Shown one piece after another: positions 31,790 through 48,701 of a stretch of DNA of 64,000 bases (the stretch's first letter is position 1; every line of letters begins with the position of its first letter). The DNA comes from the human T2T-CHM13v2.0 reference genome, Homo sapiens: assembly GCF_009914755.1 (NCBI RefSeq), contig NC_060931.1; one strand, 5' to 3'. A program made the position numbers and the translations under genes. The notes beneath the pieces are model-generated. The model was not told the origin of the DNA. It made no database searches and saw only the letters and a list, made by a program, of their open reading frames with translations.

Positions 31790-32545
31790 GCTAGCCCTGC
31801 AACCATTCCCAAAATCTTCCTTCCATACCGGATAGAAAGCTAGGAGAAGTCAAATACTCACTTCCCAGCCTCCTTTGTTTGAAGGGATGACCACGGAACT
31901 CAATCTTGGTCAATGAAACCTAACCAAGTTAAACAGAAGCTGGCAGGGAGCTTCTGGGATATCTTGTGCTTTTCTGATGAAAAGGGCAGACAGAGCTGGG
32001 TCCCTCCATGTCCCTTCTACAGAGTCAGGTCACCATGGCAGGAGCTTCAACAGCCATTTTTTGACCATGAGGAGAAACGTAAACTAACTAACTCAATAAA
32101 TAAGAGGATGACATAAGGAGGATTCCCTGCCTTCACTTGGGAAATCTCAAGGGAACCTCCAAATTGTCCACATCTTTCTTTCTTTCTGTATTCCCTGACA
32201 TGGTGATTAATCATCTACCTGTTGAGCTGGTGGTCATGGACTTCAGAAATATCTACCTCTTTCACCTTCAGTGATAATCACCCAGCCCTGTCAATTCTCC
32301 TTTCTAAAGAAGAATAAGGTGGAGAAGGATGGAAAGAGGCCTAAATAATGTCATAAATCAGTTGAATCCAAGGTAGTGGCTTTCTACCCCAGATTTCTCA
32401 TATAAAACAATGGCAAAAAAATTCTATTTGCTTAAGGCACTCAATTTGTTTACTTACAGCTAAATATATCCTAAATTATCTAGAATTTGGTACCTAAAAT
32501 GGTGGCTGGAGGAAACAGACCCTAAAATGTGGAACTCTCTGCCTG
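31790..32545 (+). mobile_element. Old LTR33/MLT1-like LTR plus start of internal sequence, interrupted at 32126-32308
   Basis: cttcccagcctcctttg, cagccattttttgaccatgagg, ttacttacagctaaa, then agaatttggtacc. Confidence 0.55.
32126..32308 (-). repeat. Copy 2 of the 183-bp inverted duplication
   Basis: See 30771-30953. Confidence 0.93.
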
Positions 32546-32611
32546 AAGGAGGTAGAATGCTGGGCAAAGAAGACTCAACTATTTTGAGCTAGAAAGTTGG
32601 CGATTCTTGTA

Positions 32612-32869
32612 CCGCATGTTCTCACTTGTAAGTGGGAGCTGAATGATGAGAAGACAGGGACACAGGGAGGGGAGCAACACACACGGGGGCCTGTAGGGGG
32701 CAGTGGCGGGTGGGAAGAGGGAGAGCATCCGGAAGAATAGCTGATGGATGCTGGGCTTAATATCTAGGTGCAGCAAACCACCATAACACATGCTCACCTA
32801 CGTAACAAACCTGCATATCCTGCACATGTAGCCCTGAGCTTAAAACAAAACTTGAACAAAAAAAGAAAA
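32612..32869 (+). mobile_element. 5'-truncated L1PA (older, roughly PA11-15) 3' end
   Basis: ccgcatgttctcacttgtaagtgggagc...A-tail; 19-bp TSD aaagttgg(c/t)gattcttgta. Confidence 0.9.
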
Positions 32870-33204
32870 AAAGTTGGTGATTCTTGTAATGTCATGGAGG
32901 CAAATCTAGGAACTGAATGATATAATACTTTATATATATATTATATATATATATTAGGATTTTGGTATATGTCAGTTCCTTCTAGAAGTTTTCAACAACA
33001 TTCTATAAGACAGAGACAAACTTAGAATAGAGGTAACTGATATTATAGCACAGAAAGAATAAATTACATCTTTGCTACTAGAGGCTCTCTCTGCCTTCTA
33101 CTTGGAAACAAAATTCACTGAGAGTCACATAATCTATTACCTTGAGTCTTAAGAGCCAATTTCTGTGCCCTAAATTAAATATATAACAATTGTTGGCAGA
33201 AAGT

Positions 33205-34870
<1,666 letters not shown>

Positions 34871-34959
34871 AGAAAGAAGAAAGAAAGAAAAAATGTAAAG
34901 AAAGGAGATAAAAGATCAAGAAAGAAGAAACCTATACACATTAAAGAGAGAGAAAAAAC

Positions 34960-35593
34960 GGAGTAGGATGGACTCTAATCCAACAACTGGTATCCTTTTA
35001 AGAAGATGGCCATATGGACCAGGTGCAGTGGCTCACGCCTGTAATCCCAGCACTCAGGGAGGCCAAGGTGGGCAGGCCATCTGAGGTGAGGAGTTCAAGA
35101 CCAGCTTGGCCAACATGGCTAAACCTCATCTCTACTAAAAATACAAAAATTAGCCGGGCATGGTGGCACATGCCTATAATCCTAGCCACTCTGGAGGCTG
35201 AAGCAGCAGAATCACTTGAACCTGGGAGCCAAGATCACGCCATTGCACTCCAGCCTGGGTGACAAGAGCAACACTCCGTCAAAAAAAAAAAAAAAAAAAG
35301 AAGAAGAAGAAGACAGAGACACATAGGAAGAACGCCATGTGATAATAAGGGCAGAAAATGGAATTATACTCTTATATGCCAATGAATGGCAAAGATTGCT
35401 GAAAACCACTAGAAGACAGAAAGAGGCAAGAAAGTAGAACGTTCTCCCTGCAGGTGTTAGAGGAACCACAGCCCAGCTGACACCTTCATTTCGAACATCC
35501 ATCCTTTAGAACTGTGAGAAAATAAACTGACACTGTTTTAAGCCACTCAGTTCATAGTACACTTTGTGATGGCAGCCCAGAAACATGGTTACA
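34960..35593 (+). mobile_element. MLT1C-like LTR (5' part missing), interrupted by an Alu
   Basis: ctaatccaacaactggtatccttttaagaaga; agaactgtgagaaaataaac...ttaagccactcag. Confidence 0.8.
35016..35310 (+). mobile_element. AluS with small right-arm deletion
   Basis: Dimer with A/(GAA)n tail. Confidence 0.92.
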
Positions 35594-35606
35594 TGAGTAT
35601 ATACAT

Positions 35607-35938
<332 letters not shown>

Positions 35939-36207
35939 TAAGTGGTTACATAGGCATATACATTTACCAAATTCATCAAATTGTGCACCAAAGCCCTATG
36001 CATTTCACTGTTTCTAAATTGTAAATTTTAAAGTGTAAACAAGGAAGCAGATGTTTTACCAAGATATAAGATTAAAGACCCTGGTAGCAAAGAACAAGTT
36101 CACCATGGTATCTGCCCACCAGAACCCAGAACCTACCGTTTCAAATTTCTTCAAGGCAACTGCCCATACATTTAGGTGTAAGAAGGATGGTAGAAACTAG
36201 AAGTGGC

Positions 36208-36560
36208 GGCCAGGCATGGTGACTGGCTTCTGTAATCTCAGCACTTTGAGAAGCCGAGGCGGGCAGATCAAGTTGAGGTCATGAGTTTGAGACCAGCCTG
36301 GCCAACAGGGTGAGACTGCGTTCCTACTAAAAATACAATAAATTAGCCAGGCATGGTGGTGCATGCCTCTAATCCCAGCACCCCAGCTACTCAGGAGGCT
36401 GAGACAGGAGAATCGCTTAAACCCAGGAGGATCGCTTAAACCCAGGACGCAGAGTATGCAGCAAGTTGAGATCACACCACTGCACTCCAGCCTGGCCAAC
36501 AGGGCCAAAAACTCTGTCTCCAACAACAACAAACAAACAAACAAGCAAACAAAGAAAAGC
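36208..36560 (+). mobile_element. AluS with internal micro-duplications
   Basis: atcgcttaaacccagga occurs twice in tandem. Confidence 0.9.
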
Positions 36561-36770
36561 GAAAATGGGAAGGGAAAAGAATTATCAAATTTTAAAAATG
36601 GAGCCTAAATAATCTCTTTATCCATGGTACTAACATTTAAAATTGCCCAGAAATAAATAAAACTTAAGCCATGAGGGCTGTCTCCTTGAGGAAGGTTGAG
36701 TGTATACTAGATAAAATGCAGGGAAGAAGGAAATGAATTGTGTTTGTAATGCCAGGTAGCCAGGTTAAAC

Positions 36771-36894
36771 AATTTATATGCATTGCACTGCATTTTATCA
36801 ATTCAGATGGAAACCCTTGAACCGTGATGTTGCCAAGAAACTGCACCAGTAGGCATGTTAGGATCAACCAACTATGTGGGGCTGCTACCCAAAT

Positions 36895-36902
<8 letters not shown>
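36771..36902 (+). repeat. Copy 1 of a ~125-bp direct duplication
   Basis: Matches 38090-38213 (aattcagatggaaacccttg...ggggctgctacccaaattgtgtaat). Confidence 0.9.
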
Positions 36903-37517
<615 letters not shown>

Positions 37518-37669
37518 AAACTAACAACTACCTCCCTCCTACCTAACAGTCCTAACAAACAAGAGCAAAATATGGGAAACAGAGTGGAGTGGCAAACGGA
37601 TTATGTAAATATACCAAGCATTCTTCAAAGGCTATGAATAGATCAGAGTTTACTTGTTGGCTACCTCTA

Positions 37670-38062
<393 letters not shown>

Positions 38063-38089
38063 TCATTGATGGCTTTCTAGGTTCTAAGT

Positions 38090-38213
38090 AATTTACATGC
38101 ATTGTGTTATTAATTCAGATGGAAACCCTTGCACCATGATGCTGCTGAGAAACAATACCAGTAGGCATGTTGGGTCAACCAAGTACGTGGGGCTGCTACC
38201 CAAATTGTGTAAT
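38090..38213 (+). repeat. Copy 2 of the ~125-bp direct duplication
   Basis: See 36771-36902. Confidence 0.9.
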
Positions 38214-38258
38214 GAGAAAACAATAGTAGATTGAGAATCAGTAGACTAACATTCTAGT

Positions 38259-38575
38259 TTCTTTTTTGTTGTTGGTTTTGTTTTTGTTTTTTTGAGACAG
38301 CGTCTTTCTCTGTTGCCCAGCTTGGAATACAGTGATGCGATCTAGGCTCACTACAACCTCTGCCTCCCAGATTCAAGCAATTCTCCTGCGTCAGCCTTCC
38401 CAGTAGCTGGGACTACAGGAGCCCGCCACCATGCTCAGCTAATTTTCGTAATTTTAGTAGAGATGAGGTTTCACCATGTTGGCCAGGCTGGTCTTGAGCT
38501 CCTGACCTCAAGTGATCCACCCTCCTCAGCCTCCCAAAGTGCTGGGATTACAGGCATAAGCCACCGTGCGCAGCT
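38259..38575 (-). mobile_element. AluS
   Basis: Dimer; TSD acattcta. Confidence 0.92.
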
Positions 38576-39718
38576 ACATTCTACTTTTCACACTGCTAGT
38601 CACATGCTCTGTGAATTTGAAGAATCATTTAATATCTCTGAGATGGTTTTTCTTCCCTTAAAGACAGACGTTGGAGAAAATTATTTGTAGGATGCACTTG
38701 ACATCAAACATCCTAATTTCCAACCTATTTAGTTTGGCTGAAGTAATTTGGCTGGATTTGTAACAATTCATGGAATATTTATGAAACATCACAGTCATGT
38801 CAAGAGAGCAACAGCAATTGATTATCCCAAGCTCCAAAGACTTGGCAGAAATAGTCAAAGCAGGATACGGAAGATAGAATTCTGCTAATAAAGATAACTT
38901 CCTAAGCACTCTCAACAAGCTTATACAGTAGCTGTGAACTTAATAAAGGAATTATTGCCTGGGCAAGATGTGAATTTGTTGCCAAATTTATGCAATCTAT
39001 GTTAATGGCCAGAAACTATGTTTAACTGACTCAGGGATACAGTGATGGCTTATTTTGGGTTTTCTCCAAAAGCAAAATTTCCCTTCAAAATTATTTCTCC
39101 CCTGAAGCTAGCATTAAAATTCATTTACATTTTCTCAACACATACTTAATTTTTGCAAACAAGCAAAAAAAAAAAAAAAGAAATAACTTGGGAAGAGGAT
39201 CTGAGTTTGAAATATTCACATAGACAGTCCAACGATCTATAATCTGTAGGGTGGAGAATCAAAGGTTGATTATTTGTGAACTAGACTGTGAATAAATTTT
39301 TTAAAAAGTTATTCAAGATGCAGAAAATTGCATGCATACGTATTTATGTTTGGCATCAGTAGTAAAATTACATTTTCTAATGAATCTACAGCTCAGGGCT
39401 TTAAAATGTGGATCTTTTAAAATGCACCAAGCAAAATTCCAAGCATTACAAGAAATGTTTTATTTATAATGTTTGTGTGAAGCTAGACGTGGCACCCATC
39501 TGTCTCTTCCAATATATTTTCACAACTGGATTTATAGACTGTAACTAAAAAAGTAAAAGAGACAGTGTTCTGACTCCTGTGTAGTCTAATTCAGTCTATT
39601 ATCATAATTTTATTTGTTATAAGCTGTCAATACAATATGCCATACTACCCTTCCTCTGCCAGTTTCATGGCAGTAAGTTTTGTGTCCCCTTTCTGAGAAA
39701 CACTTCAAGGATGCCTGC

Positions 39719-40037
<319 letters not shown>

Positions 40038-40249
40038 TATTTATTTCTTTATCGCCTTCTTCCCTACATTTACACATACTTGATGTGGCAGGAGATAAGT
40101 AAGTATTGAATGAAGGACCAGAACTCTCACTGCACCACATAAAAAGAACTTAAGACAAAAAAAAAGCTCCAAAAAAGTAAAATTTTTCATGCACTCTCCT
40201 TGGCCCTCACTTGCCTCTTGTTTTTATCTTTTTGCTTTGTTAGTTTTTA

Positions 40250-40551
40250 TGGTTTTGTTTTTGGTTTGGAGACAGAGTCTCACTCTGTCATCCAAGCTGG
40301 AGTACAGTGGTGTGATCATACCTCACTGCAGCCTCGAGCTCCTGGGGTCAAGTGATTCTCCTGTCTCAGCTTCCCAAGTAGCTAGGACTACAGGTGCATG
40401 CCACCACACCCAGCTGATTATTTTTTTTTTTTTTTCAGATACAGAATCTTTCTATGTTGCCCAGGCTGGTCCTGAACTCCTAGCCTCAGGTGATTTTTTT
40501 GCCTCAGCCTCTCAAAGTGCTGAGGTTACAGGCTTGAGCCACCACGCAGCC
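40250..40551 (-). mobile_element. AluJ
   Basis: Dimer, J-type. Confidence 0.88.
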
Positions 40552-40594
40552 TTGCTTCTTGCTTATACCCTCATTCTCCCTCTAAGGCTTTAAT

Positions 40595-40923
40595 TTTTTT
40601 TGTTATTTTCTTTTTCTTTTTTCCTTTTCTTTTCCCCCAAGACAAAGTCTCACTGTGTCACCCAGGCTGGAGTACAATCGCGCGATCTCGGCTCACTGCA
40701 ACTTCCACCTCCTGGGTTCAAGCAATTCTCCCTGCCTCAGCCTCCCCAGTAGCTAGGATTACAGGTGCCCAGCACCACACCCGGCTAGTTTTTGTATCTT
40801 TTTAGTAGAGACAGGGTGTTGCCATATTGGCCAGGCTGGTCTTGAACTCCTGACCTCAGGTGATCCACCTGCCTTGGCCTCCCGAAGTGCTGGGATTACG
40901 GGCGTGAGACACCGCACCTGGCC
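40595..40923 (-). mobile_element. AluS
   Basis: Full dimer. Confidence 0.93.
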
Positions 40924-40929
40924 AATTTT

Positions 40930-41208
40930 TATTGTTATTTTCTTAGGGACAGGATCACACTCTGTCACCCAGGCTGGAGTGCAATGGTGCATAATCACAG
41001 CTCACTGCAGCCTGGAACACCTAGGCTCAAGCAATCCTCCCTCCCAAGTAACTAGGACATGCCTCAGCTAATTATTTTTTTCTTTTTACATTTTGTAGAG
41101 ACAGGATCTTACTATGTTGTCCAGGCTGATCTCAAGCTCCTAGCCTCATGTGATCCTGCTCAACCCTTCAAGTGGCTGGGACTACAGGTGTGTGCCATCG
41201 TGCCTGGC
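40930..41208 (-). mobile_element. AluJ
   Basis: Degenerate dimer. Confidence 0.85.
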
Positions 41209-41805
41209 TACCTCTCTAACTCTTTATTTTGCTGGCATTTAGTTCTACTCTCTTGTCTATTTATGGCCTTAATAACTCTGATGCTACTTTAGAAAGCATT
41301 TCCTATTCATTTTTAGCAATCACCATTCAGTCTTCGATCGTGACAAGGTCCTATATAAGTCAACCAGATGAGCAGCAGCTGCAACCACTTGCAAAACAAT
41401 CTTCAAAAAGACAAAAAAGAAGTGAATGACCATTTTTACATAACTTGGTTAAAGTCGCAGGAATTTCAACCTGGACGTTAGGGCCAGTGGCATTGCCCCA
41501 CCTTCCTCCAGAGAACAGAGAACATCAGGCACGCACATAAAGAGAGTCCTACATCCTAAGCTCCAAGATGGGGTTCCTGAGTCATTCTCTGCCTAATTTA
41601 GGTCATCTGTCATTGTCATGTCTTTATCAAAGTTTCAAAACAACTAAGAAACCAGATTTTTTGAGCAAAGTCATTCAGAGAGAGAGACCAGTTATTTGGT
41701 ATATTCTACCATAGATTTGAGATGAATTGAATTAAGCACTAGAAACTCATACTTGTGGATACTTTTAAACAGGATGCTGAACAATGAATATGATTTCACA
41801 GAGTC

Positions 41806-42106
41806 AGCCAGGCATGGTGGCTCATGCCTGTAATTCCAACAATTTGGGAGGCCAAGGCGGGTGGATCACATTGAGTCCAGGAGTTTAAGACCAGCGTGGG
41901 CAACATGGCAAGACTCTGTGTTACAAAATATACAAAAATTAGCTGGGCATGGCGGTGTATGCCTATAGTCCCAACCACTCGGGGGGCTGAGGTGGGAGGA
42001 TAGCTTGAGCCCTTGAGAGTTCGAGGTTGCAGTGAGCCAGACTGCACCACTGCACTCCAGCCTGGGTGACAGAGTGAGAGTCAGTCTCAAAACAAAACAA
42101 AAAAAA
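41806..42106 (+). mobile_element. AluJ
   Basis: Dimer; TSD gatttcacagagtca. Confidence 0.92.
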
Positions 42107-42274
42107 GATTTCACAGAGTCAAAATTAGGTATTGGCTGGTTTAAACTTTTCACGCCTAAAAGATAAGCTGACTTCCAATCAAATCCAACTTGAAAGCCAA
42201 GGACTTGGGTATTAACTAGAGCTCTACACCTCCAAATAATCAAAGTCTTTTAAAATACATTCCTAAAATGTGTA

Positions 42275-42412
42275 GCCAGGTGTGGTGGTACACACCTATA
42301 AATCCAGTGTCTTGACAGGCTCAGAGAGGAGGACTGCTTGAGGCAGGAGTTTGAGACCAGCCTGGCCAACATAGTGAGACCCCATTTTTCTTAAAAAAAT
42401 AAAAATTAAAAA
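42275..42412 (+). mobile_element. FLAM-type Alu monomer
   Basis: Monomer with A-tail; TSD attcctaaaatg. Confidence 0.85.
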
Positions 42413-42669
42413 TTCCTAAAATGCATGGTGACTGATATAATTTGTAACAAATGGCTGACAAATGAACAAATAAATCAATGAAGGAAAAACATCTGAAAAC
42501 CTGTATTATTTAGCCTCGTATGTTCTCAGTACAAACTTGTTCACCTGCAAAAAAGAGGCCCACATCCAGGACTAACATGTGAAGTAGGAGAGGGGAGAAA
42601 AAAAGAGATTTTTGAAGATCTTTGTACCAGGTCCTGTTCATTTATTTTTAGCTTGAAAATAATACTGTG

Positions 42670-42920
42670 GGATCCTCATTTTACGTATTATTATATTTAT
42701 TTTAGAGATCAGTAAACTAAGGATCAGAGCATTTAAATTTTGAAATAGTAATAATGTTTACCATTTAAACACACACACAGGTCCACACACACACCCATCT
42801 TTGATTCTTACAACCTTTCAAGTAATGTGTCGCCATCCCATTTTAAAGGCAAAGAAACTGGGGTCCAGAAAGATCACAGGTCATGTAGCGATCAAGTAGC
42901 ACAGCCAGAACCATAATGAG
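42670..42920 (-). mobile_element. MIR fragments
   Basis: atcccattttaaaggcaaagaaactgggg...aggtcatgtagcga. Confidence 0.55.
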
Positions 42921-45738
42921 AATTGATGAAAGCAGGAAACCTCCCAGCAGCATCTCTATCTGCTGGTCGTTTTGCAATTATCTGTCTTTGCCATTGTCAC
43001 AAACAGGCTCATCAACAAAAGAGTAATCCACCAGGGAACAGACCCATGGGGTCCAGCCTGATTGTGACTAAGCAAGAGCCATGGAACCTGTGGAAAAGTT
43101 GAACCAAAGAGTCTGAGTTTTTAACAGCCATTGTTCAGACTCCCTGTCCACCTCTTAGTTTTTCAAGGCTTTTCGAGAGTAAAAATGAAGTCATCCTTGC
43201 CTGAGAAGATGCCATAAAGATGCATGAGATGTCTACCAGGGAGTGCTTTGATACCTTCTCAGTCACATTCAGACCATTTGTACCTCCTTCACAGCAACCA
43301 GTGATGGAGAAGACTTAGAGCCAGAAGGCTCACTAGTCAGTCTTGCATAGCCCTGGTGCTTTGTGTTCAAGAGTGAAATGGACCAAAAAGCAGACAAAAC
43401 AATGATAAGAAAAGAAAACTCCAGACCAATAACTCTAGTGAACAAAGATGCCGAAATCCTTATTACAGTATTAGCAAATTAAACCAGTCATCTACAGAAA
43501 TATATCAAAAGGTACATAACACATCATGACTAAGTAGGGTTTATTCCAGGAATGCAAGCCTGGTTCAACATTTCTTTAAAAAGAGATAATTCACTACTTC
43601 AACTGAATAAGTTGAAAATTCTTACGACCATTTCAATGACTGTAGAAAAAAATACTTGACAAAATTTAACAACTATTCATGGTATAATCTCTCAGCAAAT
43701 TAGAAATAGTGGGTAATTTCCTCAGTCTGATAAAATCTGTTATATATGAAAGACCTGTATCTCACATCATCCTTGCCAGTGAAAGACTGAAGACTTCCCC
43801 CCTAAAATTGGGGACAAAGCACAAAGCAAATATGTCCACTGTTACCACTTCTATTTACCACTGTATTGTATCCTAGGTCTTAGCCATTGCAATAAGGCAA
43901 GAAAAAAAAGAGATAAATATCTTTTTTTTTTGAAGATCTTAAAATAAGTAAAATGATCTCTTATTTGCAGATGAATGTTTGTATAGAAATGTACAAGATA
44001 TCTACAAAACAATTTCTAAAAAGAATAAATAAATTTAACAAGGTCATAGGATACAAGGTTTATATGAAAACAATTGCTGTACTTCTATATAGGAGCAGAA
44101 CAAAAATGAAGCTATAAAAATCAATTCCATCTGCAGTAGTATTAAAAAAAGAAAAATAAAGTACATATGAATAAAACTAATCAAAAGTTATACAAAATCT
44201 CGAAGTTGAAGGTTATAATTTAACGTTATTTGGGCCTTAAGGAAGACCTAAATGAATATATATATATATCATGTTTATGGGTTAAAATATTCCATATTGT
44301 TAAGAGATTAATTTCCCCAATTGATTACAGAGTTAATGCAATTACTATCAAAATTTAACCAGACTTATGCAGACATTGACAATTTGGATTCTAAAATTTA
44401 CATATAAAGGCTAAATGCTATAAAAAGCCAAAGAAATGGTTTAAAAGAACAAAGTGAAAAGGACTTAACTGCAGCTGATCTCAAGACTTATTCTGAAGGC
44501 CCAGTCAAAAGGACAGACTTCTAGATAACTGAACAGAATACAGAGTCAAGAAATAGAGATACATATAAATGGATATTTTACAAAGGTGCTAAGGTAATTC
44601 AGTGGCAAAAGAAAGGTGGTTTTGTTTGTTTGTTTTTAATAAATGATGCTAGAATGCCTAAATATCCACATGAGAAAGAAATAAACAACCATTTTTTCAT
44701 CTTGTATGTAAAAATGAACTCAAAATTGATAATAGATCTAAATAGAAAAACAAAAACTATAAAACATTGGGAACAAAAGACAAGAGAAATCTCTGTGAGC
44801 ATGAAATAAAGATTATCTAGATAGCACACAAAAAGTATGAATCATAACACAAAATACTGATACATCTAATTTTATAAAAAATAAAAATGTCTGGTCTTTA
44901 AAGGCCACTGTTGAGAAAATAAAAAGGCAAACCACAGACTGGGAGAATATATTTGCAACATGCATGCAAACAAAGAACTTATATCTAGTATATATAAAGA
45001 ATTTATATAGCTAAAAAATAAAAGAGGCTTCAAAAATGAAGAAATACAAATAGCCAATAAACACAGGAAAAGGTACACATCATTAGTCATTAGGAAAAGG
45101 CAAATAGAAACAACAGTTATATACCACCACACTTCAGCAGAATGGTTAAAATTAGACATAGTATCAGGATTGGCAAGGATGTAGAGCAACTGGAACTCTC
45201 ATACACCAATGGTGGGAGTGCAAAAGAGTACAACTACTTTGAAACACAGTTTGGCAATGTCTTAAAAAGTCAAATATCCATCTATCATGCAACCCACCCA
45301 CTCCACTCTTAGCTATTTACCCAAGAGAAATGGAAACATATGTCCACAGGAAGATTTGTATAAAAACATTCAAAGAAGCTTTATTACATTTTTGACTATT
45401 ACTTATAATAGTCAAAAACTAGCTAAACAAAAAACACAAACGTCCATCAACAGGTGGATGGATAAATTGTGGAATATCCACACCATAGAATATCACCCAA
45501 CAATAAAAAACAAACTACAGATACATAACAACACAGATGAATCTCAAAATAATATGCTAAGAGAAAGAAGCCAGACACAAGAGTATATATATTGTATGAT
45601 CACATTTCTATAAAATTTCAGAAAACAAAAACTGAACTGTAGTGATAGAATGCAGATCAGTTTGGGACAGGGAGGTGACAACATGGAGGAAGGAAGGAAT
45701 TGCAAGGACCATCATGGAATTTTGGGGTGTGATGGAAA

Positions 45739-46290
<552 letters not shown>

Positions 46291-46639
46291 AAATCATTTT
46301 TTAAATAAGAATAAACCAGAGCAAATTCAGAATACAGTAAGTGGGGTAAGAAAGCATGCAATCTGAGACACGAGTGAAGATTCTTGAGGAGCATCATGAC
46401 TGTCCTCAGATGTCCATCAGAAACAAGAGTCAGCTTCTGGACAACCTCACTGCAAGGACCAGGATATACTGGTGGCATTTGGAGATGGCAAACTTCATCT
46501 GGGGATAGAGAACAATTTCCTAACCAGGAAGAATAATCCACTGCTAAAACTGGCTGCCACGCTGGAGAGGGTATTCCTTGGTACTGGAGGTATTCATGGA
46601 GAAGTAGGCAGACCAGGGCTTTGGAGGAACTTTGTGAGA

Positions 46640-47173
46640 ACAAACGCCGCCACTTTAAGTTCCAGCTCCCTTTCTAACCTCATGCATTTCAAGGAAATTA
46701 CTTCTCTTCTAACAACAAGCAGCCTGAAAGAACAGACAGTAAATCACAAATAAAACAGCTCAGGCACAGAGGAAGAGGGAAAGTCTCTTAGGTAACCACC
46801 AAACTTCACATTCATACAATGGGCCCCAGTAAAACAGTGGGCCCTAATAAGCATATTCCTTTCCCTTTAAGTGCACTAAAATAAAAAAAAAACTAAATGC
46901 AAACTCAGAGGGTATGCCTGCAACTGCAAAAAAAATGTATGGGAACAGACACAAAACTCTCCCTCCCAGATAAGCAAGACAAAGACACACAGAAACATTC
47001 TGAGTCTGTGATAAGCTCTTCCACCCTGAACCCTTAAAAACTCTTAATCTGTAAGAGAGAGCACCTGACCTAGCTTGGCCAGACGCTCCTCTCAGGTTTA
47101 TTCTCCAAAATAAACCTGTCTTTGACTGTTAAGCTACTTTTCGTGTTTCCTTCCTCTTTCTTTAATTCTTACA
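46640..47173 (+). mobile_element. ERV1 solo LTR (LTR6-like, HERV-S71), 5' end missing
   Basis: acaaacgccgccactttaagttccagctccc...aataaacctgtctttgac...ttaattcttaca; flanked by a 33-bp direct repeat. Confidence 0.8.
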
Positions 47174-47283
47174 GGCAGACCAGGGCTTTGGAAGAACTTT
47201 GTGGGAAAGGTAAGGCCTCTTCCAGCCTGAAGATGCTAGAATTCTGCAAGACTAGGCATTCCCTGCTGTTTGCTGTTGGCATA

Positions 47284-47664
47284 TGATAGAGTTTGGATGT
47301 TTGTCCCCTTCAAATCTCTTGTTGAAATATGATTCCCAGTGTTGGAGGTGACGCCTGCTTGGAGGTGTTTGGGTCATGGGGGCGGATCCCTCATGAATGT
47401 CTTAGTGCTGGCCTTGATAATGAGATCTGGTTATTAAAAAGTCTGTGGCACCTCCTCCTTCTCTTTCTCCCACTCTCGCCATGTAACATGCTGGCTCCTC
47501 ATCACCTTCCCTCCATGACTGGAAGCTTCCTGAGGCCTCACCAGAAGCAGATGCAGGCATCACACTTCATGTACAGCCTGTAGAACCATAAGCCAATTAA
47601 ACTTCTTTATAAATTACCAAACTTCAGGCCTTTCTTCCTAGTGATGCAGGAACAGCCTACTACA
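47284..47664 (+). mobile_element. MSTB-like solo LTR
   Basis: tgatagagtttggatgtttgtcccc...cagcctactaca; TSD GCATA. Confidence 0.88.
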
Positions 47665-48412
47665 GCATAGGAAAGCCCAAAGTTCAATAGAGTCTCCCTT
47701 TCCCAGACAATTTTCTCTAAAGAAAATTCAAATGTCAGGATGGAAATGAAGAGGAATTTTCCACCCTGTCTTATTTGGTGCCAGATCCCCTTCTTTCTGT
47801 TGGCCCAAGAACACTTACACTGAAGATGGATGATTTTTAGGCTTGCTCCCTTCCAAAACCTCATCCTGTAATGACTAATTAGTCTGAAGTTAGCACAAAC
47901 AGTAGCGGCTGAGTGGAAACACCTATTGTAATTTCTGGTGTGCTGGCTCCCAAAGCCATCCTCATATTACATCTAACTCATAGCCTTCGTCTCCTGCTGA
48001 AACAGTGAGGAGGCGGGATGCGTGGGTGTAATCCTTAAACGTGATGACAAACCAGTTGAGCTACAAGAGCTCATTCACTCATTCATCTGTGCATTCATTC
48101 AATGAGCACGAGCATTCTGATGCACCAGAACACTGTCTCCCCTGCTGCAACTGTGTAGCCCCTTCTTATTGTTATTTCAAGTGCTTACCCTGACTTAGAG
48201 AGGAGGACACTTGGAGGAGGAGACAGATTTAAGGAAGGTAAACAGAAATAAGACATCCCGGGCTATGTCATGACTCTTAAGCAGGCCTGGCCAGAGGGTC
48301 TATGTAAGACTGATCAGCAGCTCAGGGTTTTTGTTAATTAATTTTTGATTATTCTCAAAGAGCTCAGGGTTCTTATTTTCTACACCAAGCTTTATATTAC
48401 AATAGGACATTT

Positions 48413-48701
48413 GGGCGGGGCAATGTGGTTCATGCCTGTAATCCCAGCACTTGGGGAGGCTGAGAAGGGCGGATCACTTGAAGTCAGGAGTTCGAGACCA
48501 GCCTGGCCAACATGGTGAAACCTCATCTCTACCAAAAATACAAAAATTAGCTGGGCGTGGTGGTGCATGACTGTAATCCCAACTACTTGGAAGGCTGAGG
48601 CAGGAGGATCACTTGAACCTGAGAGGCAGAAGCTGCAGTGAGCTGAAATTGCACCACTTCACTCCAGCCTGGGCGACAGAGGGGGAAAAAAAAAAAAAAA
48701 A
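48413..48701 (+). mobile_element. AluS
   Basis: Dimer; TSD ggacatttgg. Confidence 0.93.

Noticed and set aside
30771-32308. The 183-bp inverted repeats as TIRs of one new DNA transposon
   Set aside because: No TSD at the outer ends, and an older LTR runs across the right-hand copy; kept as a duplication finding instead
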